This document shows positions 1 through 13,079 of a stretch of DNA of 64,000 nucleotides, in pieces; position 1 is the first letter of the stretch, and each line of letters starts with the position of its first letter. Below the pieces are notes generated by a model, which was given only the letters and a program-made list of their open reading frames with translations, made no database searches and was not told where the DNA came from. The translations under genes and the position numbers were made by a program. This DNA comes from Octopus vulgaris (Eukaryota): assembly GCA_951406725.2 (NCBI GenBank), contig OX597831.1:6944001-7008000 (forward strand). Reading direction: 5' to 3'.

Positions 1-278
1 GTGTGTGTTGGTCTATGTCTCTACAATATTTTTCTACTGAATAAGGTGACCACCACCCTTGAGGATTAAACGTTGCTCTTGCCGGTATAATCCCCATTCT
101 CCTTTCTATATTGTAAACTTTAAATTTTTTCTTTAATTTGCATTTCAAAATAATTTAAAGTTTTTCTTAATCCACACAAAATATGTAACCCTATTGTCCC
201 GAAAATAAAAAAGACACATTAGATAATGAGGTTCTAGATACCAAAGACAGGATGGTCATGGAGTGAATTCCTTTGATC

Positions 279-675
279 AGGCACAGGTGTGGTAAGAAGC
301 TTTCTTCCCAACCACATGGTTCTGGGTTCAGTCCCACTGCATGACACCTCGGGCAAGTGTCCTTTACTATAGTCTCAAGCTGACCAAAGCCTTGTCAGTG
401 GGTTTGGCACATGGAAACCAGAATAAGCCGTTGTATATGCATATATGTGTGTTTGTGTGTGTGACTTTGTGTCTCTGTCTGTCCCCCACTACCACTACCA
501 CTTGACAACCGGTGTTGGTGTGTTTACATCCCCATTACTTAGCAGTTTGGCAAAAGAAACTGATAGAATAAGTACTAGGTTTAACAGTTAAGTACTGTGG
601 TCAATTCATTTAACTAAAACCCTTCAAAGTGGTGCCCCAGCATGGCCATAGTCTAATGACTGAGCAAGAAAAAGA
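279..675 (+). mobile_element. tRNA-derived SINE, family A
   Basis: B-box-like GGTTCAGTCC head, central (TG)n, 3' end ...CAGCATGGCCATAGTCTAATGACTGA; more than 12 copies in window. Confidence 0.85.
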
Positions 676-774
676 TTAAAAATAAGTTGGTTCACTTAGG
701 ATTGACCTGGAGCAACAACAGTTTGAATTTCTTCACACAAAGTGTGAAACATTTGTAGAGTTTTACTTTGTATG

Positions 775-1238
775 CATGAAAAGATTCAAGCGAGGTCATT
801 GCCAGTACCCCTTGACTGGCTCCTGTACCGGTGGCACGTAAAAAAGCACCCACTACACTCTCGGAGTGGTTGGCGTTAGGAAGGGCATCCAGCTGTAGAA
901 ACTCTGCCAAATCAAGATCGGAGCCCAGTGCAGCCATCTGGTTCACCAGCCCTCAGTCAAAATCGTTCAACCCATGCTAGCATGGAAAGCAGACGTTTAA
1001 CGATGATGATGGTAATGATATTCCCTTGTGTGTTTTCCTTCTAATGTTTTTATGTCTACCGAGCGTGATCGTTACCAATATCACCTTACTGGCACCTGTG
1101 CCGGTGGCATGTGTAAAAAGATTCGAGCGAGGTCATTGCCAGTACCGCTTGACCGGCCCCGTGCCAGTGGCACATAAAAAGCAGCCACTACACTCAAAGT
1201 CGTCCAACCCATGCTAGCATGGAAAGCGGACGTTAAAC

Positions 1239-1269
<31 letters not shown>

Positions 1270-1270
1270 G
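775..1270 (+). mobile_element. Two RTE 3'-UTR/tail copies (family C) with (GAT)n tails
   Basis: GGTTGGCGTTAGGAAGGGCATCCAGCTGTAGAAAC motif in the first copy; both end in ACGTTWAACGATGATGAT. Confidence 0.8.
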
Positions 1271-2646
1271 TGATGGTGGTGGTGGTGGTGGTGGTGGTGT
1301 GTGTGTGTGTGTGTATAGGAGAGAAATGAAACTGGAGTTGAGGAATTGGTAAACCTAAATGAAATTCTTAAGATTCATGTAAGGATTAAATATTCATTTC
1401 AAATATTGGCTGACTTTCAAGGAAAGTTAACTGTGATTCATCAGCATCCTATCCAGGGGTGGTAGATTCACCTCTCAGCTTCTTAATTCTCGAGAAACTG
1501 GAGCTGAGAAAATGTTTCATGGATGGTTATGATTCGTCAACGGATTAACAATTAATTTTAACATTGGCTTACTCCAAACATTTAGCAATCAATAGTCTTA
1601 TTTAGTTTTAACGAAATATTACGTTAACATCAGTTACTTATAATGATAGTGGTGGTGGTGGTTGTGGTGGTGGTGATTATGATGAAGAGATCGGTGGGGG
1701 AGCAGGCTGGGGAGTAACAATATATTTGGGAAAGGTGGCAGACAGTAATTGCCAAGCAATATTTTACACACCCAAACCAAACTCCTTCCCAATCAACAGT
1801 GCTAGATACAGCAGTAAATAAGTACAGGTATACACCCCACCTTTCGTTAGCTTTCATTTAGAGAGATGTGTAAAGGTCATATGCTTCTAAAGCTTTACTT
1901 CATTGCTTTATTATTAGTAGTATTATTATGACTGTTTATTTCTGTTAATTTTATTTCATGGCCAGATTAACACTGCAGGTTGATTTACAGGTGGCATTCA
2001 GTTGCAATAATATGCTTAGCTGGTAAATTTAATCCATCACCCAGTTTAACACCACCATCTGGTTCTTGGGTACCTTCACTGATGCACATTCTGCTGCAAG
2101 TATTTGGGCCACCAGGTCCGTGGTTCCTAGCTCCAGACCTATCGTCCAGTCAGGGGACAACTTCCTCCTTTCCTCCCACCTATCATGGAAGTCCTGAAAA
2201 AAGGTCATGGCAGCTCCCCTTAACCTATTCAAAGCCCTTAAAAACACCAGTAACACTTTAGTTAATATATTTCTGTTGAGATACTCTGCTGTTATTTGAC
2301 TTAATTTTGAAAATAACAAAGAATTTAGTAAAATAACTTTGTCATTAATTAATTAATTAATTAATGTGGTGTCATTAATTAATGTGGTGTTTGTGACAAA
2401 AATTGATAAGGAATTATTCTGGTGGAAGGTTTTAATTTGGAACATTTTAAAGCAGGACCAAGGCTAGTCTCGGGGCAGATTGGGGTCAAAACGGTTGAAT
2501 TAAATTAGGGAACTTAAATTAATCTATGAAAAAAGATCCTGTTCAGGGTCATGACACACTGGACAACAGACATTGCAATAATTTGTTGTTGTTGTTGTAT
2601 TTATTTTGGTCAGTCTGGAACTGAAATTCCACAGGGTAGGATAGGG

Positions 2647-3033
2647 TAGTAGGGTATTAAGAGCACCATCCGAGCATGATCGTTGCCAGAGCGGCTATCT
2701 GGCCTCCGTGCCGGTGGCACGTAAAAGACACCATTCGAGCATGATCGCTACCAGCATCGCCTTACTGGCACCTGTACCGGTGGCATGTGTAAAAGATTCG
2801 AGCGAGGTCGGCGCCAGTACTGCCTGACTGGCCCCGTGCCGGTAGCACATAAAAAGCACCCACTACACTCTCGGAGTGGTTGGCATTAGGAAGGGCATCC
2901 AGCTGTAGAAACTCTGCCAGATCAAGATTGAAGCCTGGTGCAGCTATCTGGTTCGCCAGCCCTCAGTCATTCATCCAACCCATGCTAGCATGGAAAGCGG
3001 ACGTTAAACGATGATGATGATGATGATGATGAT
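2647..3033 (+). mobile_element. RTE 3'-UTR/tail (family C) with tandem ~60-nt units
   Basis: Repeated CGTGCCGGTGGCACGTAAAA-type units followed by the conserved tail and (GAT)n. Confidence 0.85.
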
Positions 3034-3166
3034 ATTCATACGACCATTCCTGACATTGAGGGAATGTAAAAGGAGGGGAGTGGGAGAGTCGCTAATTGAT
3101 GCTGGATTACTGTCAGCCAGCTTTATTCTTCTCATTGAGACTTAATTAAAAGAAACAATATATTTA

Positions 3167-3782
3167 TCTTTTACTTGTTTCAAACTGTTGCCATGCTGGA
3201 GCACTACTTTGAAAGGTTGTAGTTAAACAGATCAATTCAAGTATTAATTTTTTTCATATCTGGTACTTATTCTATCTGCTTCTTTTGCTGAACTACTAAG
3301 TTATGTGGACATAAACAAACCAACACCAGTTGTCAGGTGTGGGTGGTGTAAACACGAACACAAAAATACTCACACATGGCGAGCTGGCAGAAACATTAGC
3401 ACGCCGGGTGAAATGCGTAGCCGTATTTCGTCTGCTGTTACGTTCTGAGTTCAAATTCCGCCGAGGTCGACTTTGCCTTTCATCCTTTCGGGGTCGATTT
3501 AATAAGTACCAGTTACGCACAGGGGTCGATATAATCGACTTAATCCGTTTGTCTGTCCTTGTTTGTCCCCTCTGTGTGTAGCCCCTTGTGGGCAGTAAAG
3601 AAATGAATACTCACACATGATGGGCTTCCACACAGTTTCCATTTACCAAATTTACTCACAAGGCATTGGTCAGCTCAGTACTATAGTAAAAGATATTTGC
3701 CCTAGGTGCTGTGCAGTAGGACTGAACCCAAACCCTTGTGGTTGAAAAGTAAACTTCTTAACCACATAGCCATGCTTGTGCA
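3167..3782 (-). mobile_element. SINE family A interrupted by a family B SINE
   Basis: Family A 3' part 3167-3375 and 5' part 3607-3782 flank the family B copy. Confidence 0.75.
3377..3604 (+). mobile_element. tRNA-derived SINE, family B (~230 bp)
   Basis: GGCGAGCTGGCAGAAAC head, B-box GAGTTCAAATTCC, core GCCTTTCATCCTTTCGGGGTCGAT; more than 10 copies. Confidence 0.85.
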
Positions 3783-4228
3783 TTTTTTTTATTGCTTAAT
3801 CAGAAGAGAAGGCAAAGCCATCGACCATTTCCAGGGCCATGAAGACTAGGGGAAAGAAGAGAGGAATCTTCAGACCGGACACCTAACCCGAACACTTGCA
3901 ACAGAATGGACTCTTTTGCCAAGGGCACCAAAAATGGTGAGGTTAAACAGATTAAGTCTTCTACTCAAGGAGTAGGTCATGGTGGGATTCAAAATCAAAA
4001 AGTAAGAGGCTACAACAGAGCAAATACTGCCTGCTCTTTCATCTGATATTCTAAGAATTTCATTAATCGGCCATTCTTCTTTATCGGTTCCTTATTCTTT
4101 GATTGCAGAAGGATGAAGAGCAAAGTTGACCATGGAAGGATTTGAACTCATACTTCAAGAAGACAGAATAAATACTACAAGACCTTTCATCTATTGCACC
4201 CTTGTCCCCTGTAACTATGATGGTAAGT

Positions 4229-4820
4229 CATCATCATCATCATCATTTAATGTCCGTTTTCCACGCTAGCATGGGTTGGATGGTTTGACCAGGGTCTGGG
4301 AAGCCAGGAGGCTGCACCAGGCTCCAGTCTGATCTTGCAGTGTTTCTACAGCTGGATGCCCTTCCTAACGCCAACCATTCCGTGAGTGTAGTGGGTGTTT
4401 TTTACGTGCTGGCACAGAATGAAATACAGGAGCTGAAAGAGCTTAGACCAAAAGTTAGGTTCAGTTACTGACAGAAACAGATTTACTGCATTTGTTCTGA
4501 TAACAGCATTAAAGTAATCAGGGGAAATTGATGAGGGCTGGCATCAGCAGTGATCATCATCATCGTTTAACGTCTGTTTTCCATGGGTTGGACGGTTCGA
4601 CCGTGGTCTGGGAAGCCAGGAGGCTGCACCAGGCTCCAGTCTGATCTGGCAGTGTTTCTACAGCTGGATGCCCTTCCTAACGCCAACCACTGCGTGAGTG
4701 TAGTGGGTGCTTTTTACGTGCAACCGGCACAGATGCCAGGGGGGCTGGCAATGGCCACGTACGGATGGTGCTTTTTACGTGCCACCGGCACAGGTGCCAG
4801 GGTAGGCTGGCAACGGCTGG
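4229..4820 (-). mobile_element. Two RTE 3'-tail copies (family C)
   Basis: (CAT)n followed by the conserved tail at 4229-4392 and 4553-4820. Confidence 0.8.
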
Positions 4821-7209
4821 TAATATTAATTCCAAGAGAGGGTGGTGAGCTAGCAAAATTGTCACTGTGCCAGAAAAGATGTAACTGACTTAACCCCTCT
4901 CCCAGAATTGCTGGCCTTGTGCCAAAATTGGAAACCAATATTAACTCCAAGGAAGAGTGTGCTTGGGGTCCCTAAGTGTGTTTTCTATGAGGAATGGAAA
5001 AAGCTGATGCATCAGGCTTAACAACTTTCAACTTTCCCCAAAGATTACAACAACTACATCTGGTGAAATTCAACAAAATTTGTGTGGTTAAGAGATTTGA
5101 TTCCCAACCACATGGTTTTGGTTTCAATCCCACTGTGGGGCACTTTGAGAATGTGTCTTGTACCATAGGCTTAGGCTAATCTAAAGTTTTGGGAATGAAC
5201 TTAGCAGATAGAAACTGAAAAGAAGCCCATTGCACACACACACACACACACACATACACACACGGATGGGTGTGTCCATTGTGTTGACATCATGTGATGG
5301 CCATCAAAGAGCATCACTGTCATAGAAGCGATGCCATTCATTTCCAATTTTCTCTGAAAAGCATGTTTTGCCACGGAGAAATTTTACTTTGCTTAGAAAC
5401 AGGTGACAGTTGGTAACAAGAAGGGAGTCCAGACAGAAAAAAATCTCCCTCAACATAATCCATCTGACTCGTACAATCATGGCAAAGGGGACATTAAACT
5501 GATGTTGATGATGATGGACTTCTGCATATTTTCCGTCAACCAAATTTTGTTGAGAAGACACGAGTGAATTGAAGGCTTCAGTAGAAGTAACTTGCTCAAG
5601 GGGTCATACAGTGAGATTGAACCTGAAAGTGCAGCCACCCTTGCACCTCTCAAGACCTGTTTATATATTTAGAAGAAGAGCCTTGCTTGACATGTCACCT
5701 CTTCTTTATGAAATTTAGCCACATACCTCAGTCTATCTGACAATTAGTTGATTAGTAATGTAATAAATATGTCAACATGATGTAATGATTAAAAAAAAAA
5801 AATATATTTATACATATCTTTGGGTTTCTAAAACCGTCACACTGTCAGCAACTGATAACTGTTTCTATATCAATTACCTGTCTATAGTGACCGCATATTT
5901 ACCTCAAAGCTATAATTTCAACAAATGGATTGGATTTCCTTTTAGAAAATAATTCAGCAATCGTTAAACTCTGCTGATATAATGCACACACATCAGGGAC
6001 AAAGTTCACCTTTTTTTTTTACTCATCAACACTTTTTAACCATTTTGCTACACATTCATTGTCCATCTCACCCTCTCTCTCTCTCTCTCTCACCATCTAA
6101 ATGTCTGTCTGTCTATCTACCTCCCTCCTTCCTTACCTATCTCTACTTTCTCTTTCTGTTAGCCTGTCTGTCTGTCTGTCTTTCTCTCTTCTTCCGCCCC
6201 TCTTAGATTATCGTGTCCCACTCCCACCCCATTTCATCTAATTTGATCTATGGCTATACAACAACAACAGCAACAACATATACCATCACCCCCAGAACGC
6301 AGCTGGTTCTTTATTTTATTGATTCCAAAAGGATGAAAGGTGCAGTTGACCTCAGTGGTCCCTAACCCTATCACTCCAAGTCTGTCCAGATATCAGAATT
6401 TCTTACATTAAAAACCCTTTCCCCTCTCCTTCCTCTCCACAATGTCTCCCTAACATAACTACATGTTCACCTTTTGACAAAGGTTCAAACTGAACCTAAA
6501 CTTGATCCCTTACATCCACAAACAGACATTTTAGGCCTTGAAGATATTTTTTTTCTTTTATTTCTTAAAAGATTGTATTATTGTGATCATCAAAAATGCA
6601 GTGAGCTGGCAGAATTGTTAGAATGTTGGGGGAAAATACATTGTGGGATTTGTTGTGGCTCTTTACATCCTGAGTTCAAACACCACTGAGGTCAACTGCA
6701 CCTTTCATCTTTTGGAATCAATAAAATAAAGAACCAGAACCAGCTGCGTTCTGGGGGTTATGGTATCGATTAACCCTCTCACAAAATTGCTGGCCTTGTG
6801 CTGGAATCAGAAACAACAATTAAGATAATAAATAAAATAAACAATTAAAAAATAATAAATGAAGTGAAACAGTTTTTGTGTGTTTTGGGATGGTTAAAAC
6901 AGTTTTTTCCACAACGTAATCGTTTCAGCTCTTGTTTCAGTCTCAGATAAGTTGTACTCTTGTCAAACAAGTACAACTGTGAAACTTTAGCTATGTTGAT
7001 ATCTCCTTATCTAGATGAACCTGGGAGAGATACGACCACTTCCCTTCCTCCTCAGAACAATGAACAGAAACAATGGTTGTGTGCAGAGAGCTAACAACCC
7101 CAACAGGGATCAGGACCAGTTCTTAAACTTAGGGAAATCTTCAAAGTTCTGACCAAACAAATACCAGTTCATCTAATATCGCTAATTTTATCCAAGATGT
7201 TCCACTAGA

Positions 7210-7588
7210 ATCATCATCATCATCATCATTGTTTAACGTCCTTTTTCCATGCTAGCATGGGTTGGACGGTTCAACTGGGGTCTGGGAAGCCAGAAGGCTG
7301 CGCCAGGCCCAGTCTGATCTGGTAGTGTTTCTACAGCTGGATACCCTTCCTAACGCCAACCACTCTGTGAGTGTATTGGGTGCTTTTTACGTGCCACCTG
7401 CGCAGGTGCCAGACGAGGCTGGCAATGGCCATAATCGGATGGTGCTTTTTACGTGCCACCGGTACGGGGGCCAGATGAGGCTGGCAATGGCCACAATCGG
7501 ATGGTGCTTTTTACGTGCCACCGGCATGGAGGCCAGTTAGGGCAGCGCTGGCAACGGCCACATTTGGATGGTTCTCTTACGTGCCAAG
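7210..7588 (-). mobile_element. RTE 3'-tail (family C) with tandem units
   Basis: Same conserved tail plus about 4 repeat units. Confidence 0.8.
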
Positions 7589-8029
7589 AGAACCATGCAA
7601 CTCTGTTTTGTCATTTGACCTACAAGTAATAGCAACTAGATCACCCTCAGATTGCATACAACTGTTTTGAAAAGAGAGAAAGTGAGAGAGAGACATTAGA
7701 TAATGTAGTCCTTATGTGTAACAGCCCTGTCAAAAAAAAAATCAAAAAAATCAACAAGATGGTCATGGTCAGAGTGCTTTTAATTATAGATGTGTGTGTT
7801 CAGTCAGGGCTGACCTAGGGTGAAACAACAACAGTGATGTTGATTCCACAAAATATTTAAAAATTTAAAACTTATGTTGGGTTGAAAAGTTAGTTGAGCA
7901 AAAGCTTCCTAAGCAAAGATTATGTCTGTCCCTGAATGAAAGGAACCTATGAAGGCCAATGTTAAGAAAAACTCTTTATTTGTGTATGCAAAGAGTGGAG
8001 ATTTAAATATCAACATTTAAAACAATAAC

Positions 8030-8402
8030 TCTGAGCACCTTTTCAAACTCCACCTGTCTAACACCCGTGGACATGTTTACAAAGTAAGAAAACAGCACAG
8101 CTCCCATGACTTTCGGAAACATTTTTTCATGCTGAGAGTTGCTGAAGCATGGAACAGACTGCCGGCATCAGTTGTTAGTTGTCGAAGCACTGCATCCTTC
8201 AAAACTTCCATGCTTTCTGAGATTCGCCAACACTACACCTGATTTTCTCCCCTCCATACACACGCAAGCATGTATTTGATTCATACACTGTTCGCTTTCC
8301 AGACATTTGCACATTACTGCATATGCTTTATACGCACTTTTGACAAGTTGTGGTGCACCTGAGCACTGTATACAATAATTTCATTATTATATTATTATTA
8401 TA
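8030..8402 (+). mobile_element. CR1-like LINE 3' end
   Basis: Encodes ..SNTRGHVYKVRKQHSSHDFRKHFF.. as in the 45 kb copy; (ATT)n tail. Confidence 0.85.
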
Positions 8403-8439
8403 AATCTCTGAACGAGGTATAGACAGTAACTGCACGACA

Positions 8440-8687
8440 ATGTGAAGTATATTTGCCATCTCAATATGGCTAACCACTAAGGGTGGATGTTACTGTAGCT
8501 TGTAGCCCCAGGAGAACATCTTCTCCAGCTAGCTATTGACACACTTTGACCTCCCTTTGCAAATACCGATAGGGCACAGAAAGTGTGTCAATAGCCAGCT
8601 GGAGAAGATGTTCTCCTGGGGCTACAAGCTACAGTAACATCCACCCTTAGTGGTTAGCCATATTTAGATGGCAAATATACTTCACAT
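8440..8687. repeat. Near-perfect inverted repeat, 108-bp arms, 32-bp spacer
   Basis: 8440-8547 is the reverse complement of 8580-8687 with few mismatches. Confidence 0.95.
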
Positions 8688-10161
8688 ATATTATTATTAT
8701 TATTATTAAAATATAAGCCTAGTTCCTGAAAATTCTTTAAAATTATGCTCTTTTCTGCTATGCATGGCTTGCATCATTTCATAGCATTCATATATGATCT
8801 ACATTTCTCAGTAATTTTCCAGCTGATATCAAACACTGAGTCGTTTTCTTTTCACTGCCAGATATAACTCACAAGCTTTGTAGTATTCCATTTTTTTGAT
8901 GCTTCTGAATAAGGAGGCAGTGTGTTGGTGGTGAAATCTCTGCTCAATCCATCCAATATTTAGTTTTAGGTTAGTGTTTTGATTTCCATCCATAGATTTG
9001 ACTTTTGACTCATAAATTATACACTTGAGCAAGTGCTAAGCTTCCTGCATGAACATCCAGCCTCAACAGTACGACTGGGTATTTCTCATTGTGGTCAATT
9101 ATTTCACAGTGATGTATTACCCTATCCTTTTTTACCTACTCACTGTAGTGGACTATACAGTACTCGTGGTCAGTAGGTGCCACAGGATAGTGCAGAATGA
9201 GAGAATTGGGTATGGCTGTTTGGACATTGGTGATTTGGTGTGGCTGTTTTGGTAACAGTATGTTTTGGCAGTGGTGGCAAACACACACACACATACGTAT
9301 GCACACACGTGTGTGCAGAGATATATACATACAGATAAAGAGAGTGAGGAAGAGAGAGAGAGAGAGAGGTGAGGGAGAGAGAGAGAAAGAGAGAGATTAA
9401 AACCTCTGCTTCTCAATGTTGAATAAGCAGTCCCAAATGGGTTCCACAAGAACTGCCGTGCCAAAACATCTCCAACCCCTACTTATCCATTGTCATTAGT
9501 TCTTCCAGCCCTTGGTACTTGCTTACAGTAATCAGTGTTGATGATAATGGCACTGACCAATTTCTCTGTTGGCAATCCACTACTCTACCAATCCAGGATG
9601 GTTCCAGTCTCAAAGTAACCAACGACAGGAAGAATCCTTAGGTTGTAGCCGTAAATACTGATTGGAACCATAACATAATTACATTATGATGTCTTTCGGG
9701 GGGAAAAAATATTAATTATTTTCTGGTGAAGTTTTGTGTGTATATTAATGTAGAGGTGGCTGCATCTAAATATGATCTACAAACACACAGACATACATCA
9801 ATCAGATAAACAGCTGTAGTGGGAATCATTCCTTACAGGTTAATCCTTGACCTATGGATTATAGATTGGTCTGATGAAAATTTAGTTTGAAAATATTGTA
9901 CTTACTCATATATAAGTCACACTCCTAGTTTGCTGTTAAATCAGGGTACATTTTTTTCTCCTTATATAACACACATGCACACCAGTACACACACACACAC
10001 AGACACATGCGCACATTTACATGTACACATACACATGGACACACATTCACACAAATGCATTTGCATGAGGCAACAGGAAGGCCCTTACATGGTCACTTGA
10101 TGAGTTAGAAATAGCCACTAAATCTTCCTCAAATCACATTCCACTGTTTTAGAAGCGAACA

Positions 10162-10551
10162 TCTCTCTATATATAAATGGCCAAATGTCTGTCTGTGTGT
10201 GCCTGTCCTTTATACAAATCCACAATTTCTCAGTTAGAGGGCTCGCACTTTCTATGGTCATTCAAAACCTTCCAAGGGTGGTCGTGCACATCTTTACATT
10301 TCCCCAGTCACCCCGCAAAGCCATTGAAAAATCAATAGAAGTGACATTTTTGTGAATTTTCTATCCAAAACCCAATCAAAATGCCTGAAACTTGATACGC
10401 CAATTGAATGCCAGTTAGCTGTATGTGATTGGTCGGAGATTTGGACAGTACTCGCGTGTATGTGTGCATGCATGCAGCTGTATGTGCATGCACTAGCACT
10501 ATGACCCGGCAATGCACTATGACTAGCACTATGACCGGGTCATAGTGCTAG
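10162..10551 (+). mobile_element. Non-autonomous Helitron
   Basis: A|TC 5' end, subterminal hairpin CACTATGACC..GGTCATAGTG, CTAG|T 3' end, no TSD. Confidence 0.8.
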
Positions 10552-10729
10552 TATTAGATATTGTTGTTGTATGTTTTATCTAGTTGTGGCAAAAAGATTA
10601 GACAATTAAGGTTTGAATGCCTCTGATCAATGTCTGCTTGATTAGGACTGACTTAACACTAAACAACAACAACAGCAACAACAACATCAACAGCAATATG
10701 ACACACAGATGGACACACACAAACGTATA

Positions 10730-11075
10730 CATCATCATCATTATTGCTTAACGTCTGCTTTCCATGCTAGCATGGGTTGGACGGTTCGACTGGGGTCTGG
10801 GAAGCCAGGGGGCTGCACCAGGCTTCAATCTGATCTGGCAGTGTTTCTACAGCTGGATGCCCTTCCTAACGCCAACCACTCCGTGAGTGTAGTGGGTGCT
10901 TTTTACGTGCCACCGGCACAGGTACCAGGCGAGGCTGGCAAACGGCCACAATCGGTTGGTGCTTTTTACGTGCCACCGGCACGGGGGCCAGATAAGGCCA
11001 TGTTTGGACGGTTCTTTTACGTGCCACTGGCACTGGTATCACAACTACAATTTCCATTGATTTTAGATCGATTTC
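10730..11075 (-). mobile_element. RTE 3'-tail (family C)
   Basis: Conserved tail plus 3 units. Confidence 0.8.
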
Positions 11076-11529
11076 TGCAGACATATACATATACAGAAAT
11101 ACTCACATAGATATATGTAATGTATTATTTACACTTAACATATCTATCTGTCTGTCTGTCTCTCTCTCTCTCTCTATCTATCCATCTATACATACATACA
11201 AACACAAACACACACACATATATTTCTTTTCCCTCTTTTTTCCTTTGTGCTGAGGCGATGCCAGAGCTTTGCCTTGATGGATTTAATCACACTGTTTAAC
11301 CCCAGTACTTATTTTTCCTCTTTAAACCTGATACTTATTCTATCAGTCTTTTTGCTGAACTGCTAAGTTATAGGGACATAAACAAACCAACAGCAGTTGT
11401 CAAGTGGTGAGTGGGCTGAACACAAACACAAAGTCTCACACACACACAAATATACATACATATATACAATAGGTTTTCACACACTTTCCATTTATCCATT
11501 TCACTAATGAAACATTGGTTGACCCAGGA

Positions 11530-12195
11530 ATTACAACCATGTTTCGTGGTCTGCTACCACAACAGCTCCTTTATAGGATCCAGTTAGCTCAAGACATCAT
11601 CAGGAGGAACCACGTCTGGTTTCAGCCCCTTACTCCTCTACCGTTTTGACGTGGCGGGGGCCCCCCTTTTCGGAGGTGTCTTCAGCTCTGGTGTTGGGTG
11701 CATGTCTTCTTTCTTCTATTCCCTGGTCTCTTCGATGTATCGTCAGCGAGTGTCAGCCGGTGACTGACTGACTTGTCAAATTTTCCCCTTTAAATACCTG
11801 CCGCTAGGCTCCAGCAGGCAGCCCCAGCAATTTGTCATGTGACACTGTCTCCCCTTAACTGACTAGTGAAGGCACGTAGTCTTAGCCCGCGCATTCTCTA
11901 AACGACCCTCACCTGCCAGTCAGCGAAGCTGATTCAGCGTCAGCTTGTCTCACCTAGTGATGTTATTTCCCGCCAGCATGTTATGACTTTCAAGCCATTT
12001 TCAGTCTTCCCGCTGCAGCCATATATAGAAGCTGGCTTTTTCAACCGCCTCCTGCATTCTCCTTATTAGTTTGCGCAGCTCGGGGCTAGAAAAAACAAAT
12101 CTTCTTTTGAATAGCGTTGTCATTTTCCTTTCAATGAAGCCTCTGGCCCCCACTGCCAGGTGGTAATACTCGACATTCCATCCCTGTTCTCTGCA
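11530..12195 (-). mobile_element. HERO-like RLE non-LTR retrotransposon 3' fragment nested in a family A SINE
   Basis: C-terminal peptide CREQGW..AVGARGF..EAVEKASFYIWLQRED*; SINE A resumes on both sides. Confidence 0.65.
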
Positions 12196-12285
12196 TATAG
12201 TAGAAGACATTTACCCAAGTTGCTGAACACCGAACCATGTGGTTGCCAAGTGAACTTCTTAAGCTCACAGCCAAGTCTGCATATA

Positions 12286-12316
12286 TACACACACACACGC
12301 ACACATACACACACAC

Positions 12317-12380
<64 letters not shown>

Positions 12381-12382
12381 AC
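12286..12382. repeat. (CA)n microsatellite
   Basis: Direct reading. Confidence 0.95.
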
Positions 12383-12569
12383 ATATCATAATTGTTATTT
12401 TTATTTGCTTTGATATTGTCCAGATAACAAACACCTGCTGAACAACAACCAGACATCTAGGACACGCATTGCTGAGTAATGCTATTGTGCAACCTGGCTT
12501 CTTCTGGTCCTGTTAGGTTTGGGAAACTAAAAAAGGTGACAAAGATTTTAAGAATGTAGATTACAAGGA

Positions 12570-13079
12570 GTGATTATGATTACTGTTGAGTGAGAGAAGA
12601 GCACATGCCATCAAAGTGACACTGGGGTACAAATATATGAAGCCAAATACACCCATCATGACTACCCGACTGATAAGGGTTACACCAGGCACATGCATCA
12701 CAACCATATGTGTGCAACACAGGAATCTTTTCTTCAGGTCAAGTAGCCCATCCCACTCAAAAGGTTCCTGTATAAGGTTTGTTTAAGGATGATGAACGAA
12801 ACACCAATGTTTCCAGAGGTGAATTATTCAAACCCTGAAGAATTCCTCTCAACACATGGTTATGATACACCCCCATTCTTCCTGCTTGTGATCAGAGATG
12901 CACATATCGTCAGCCACTAAGGGACATGGTCAACTGGTTAAGGTCAAACAACTGACAAGCAAATCTGTGGTATTGAGTAGAATATTTGCTGTAGCCCATC
13001 TTTTATACCAAGACAAAACAATGTACATGATAACACTTCCAATCAGTTAAGATCAAAAGCAATGAGAGCCACTGCCTGA
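12570..13079. repeat. Unclassified interspersed repeat (family E)
   Basis: Diverged inverted copy at 14815-15222 and degraded copy at 41660-41850. Confidence 0.7.
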
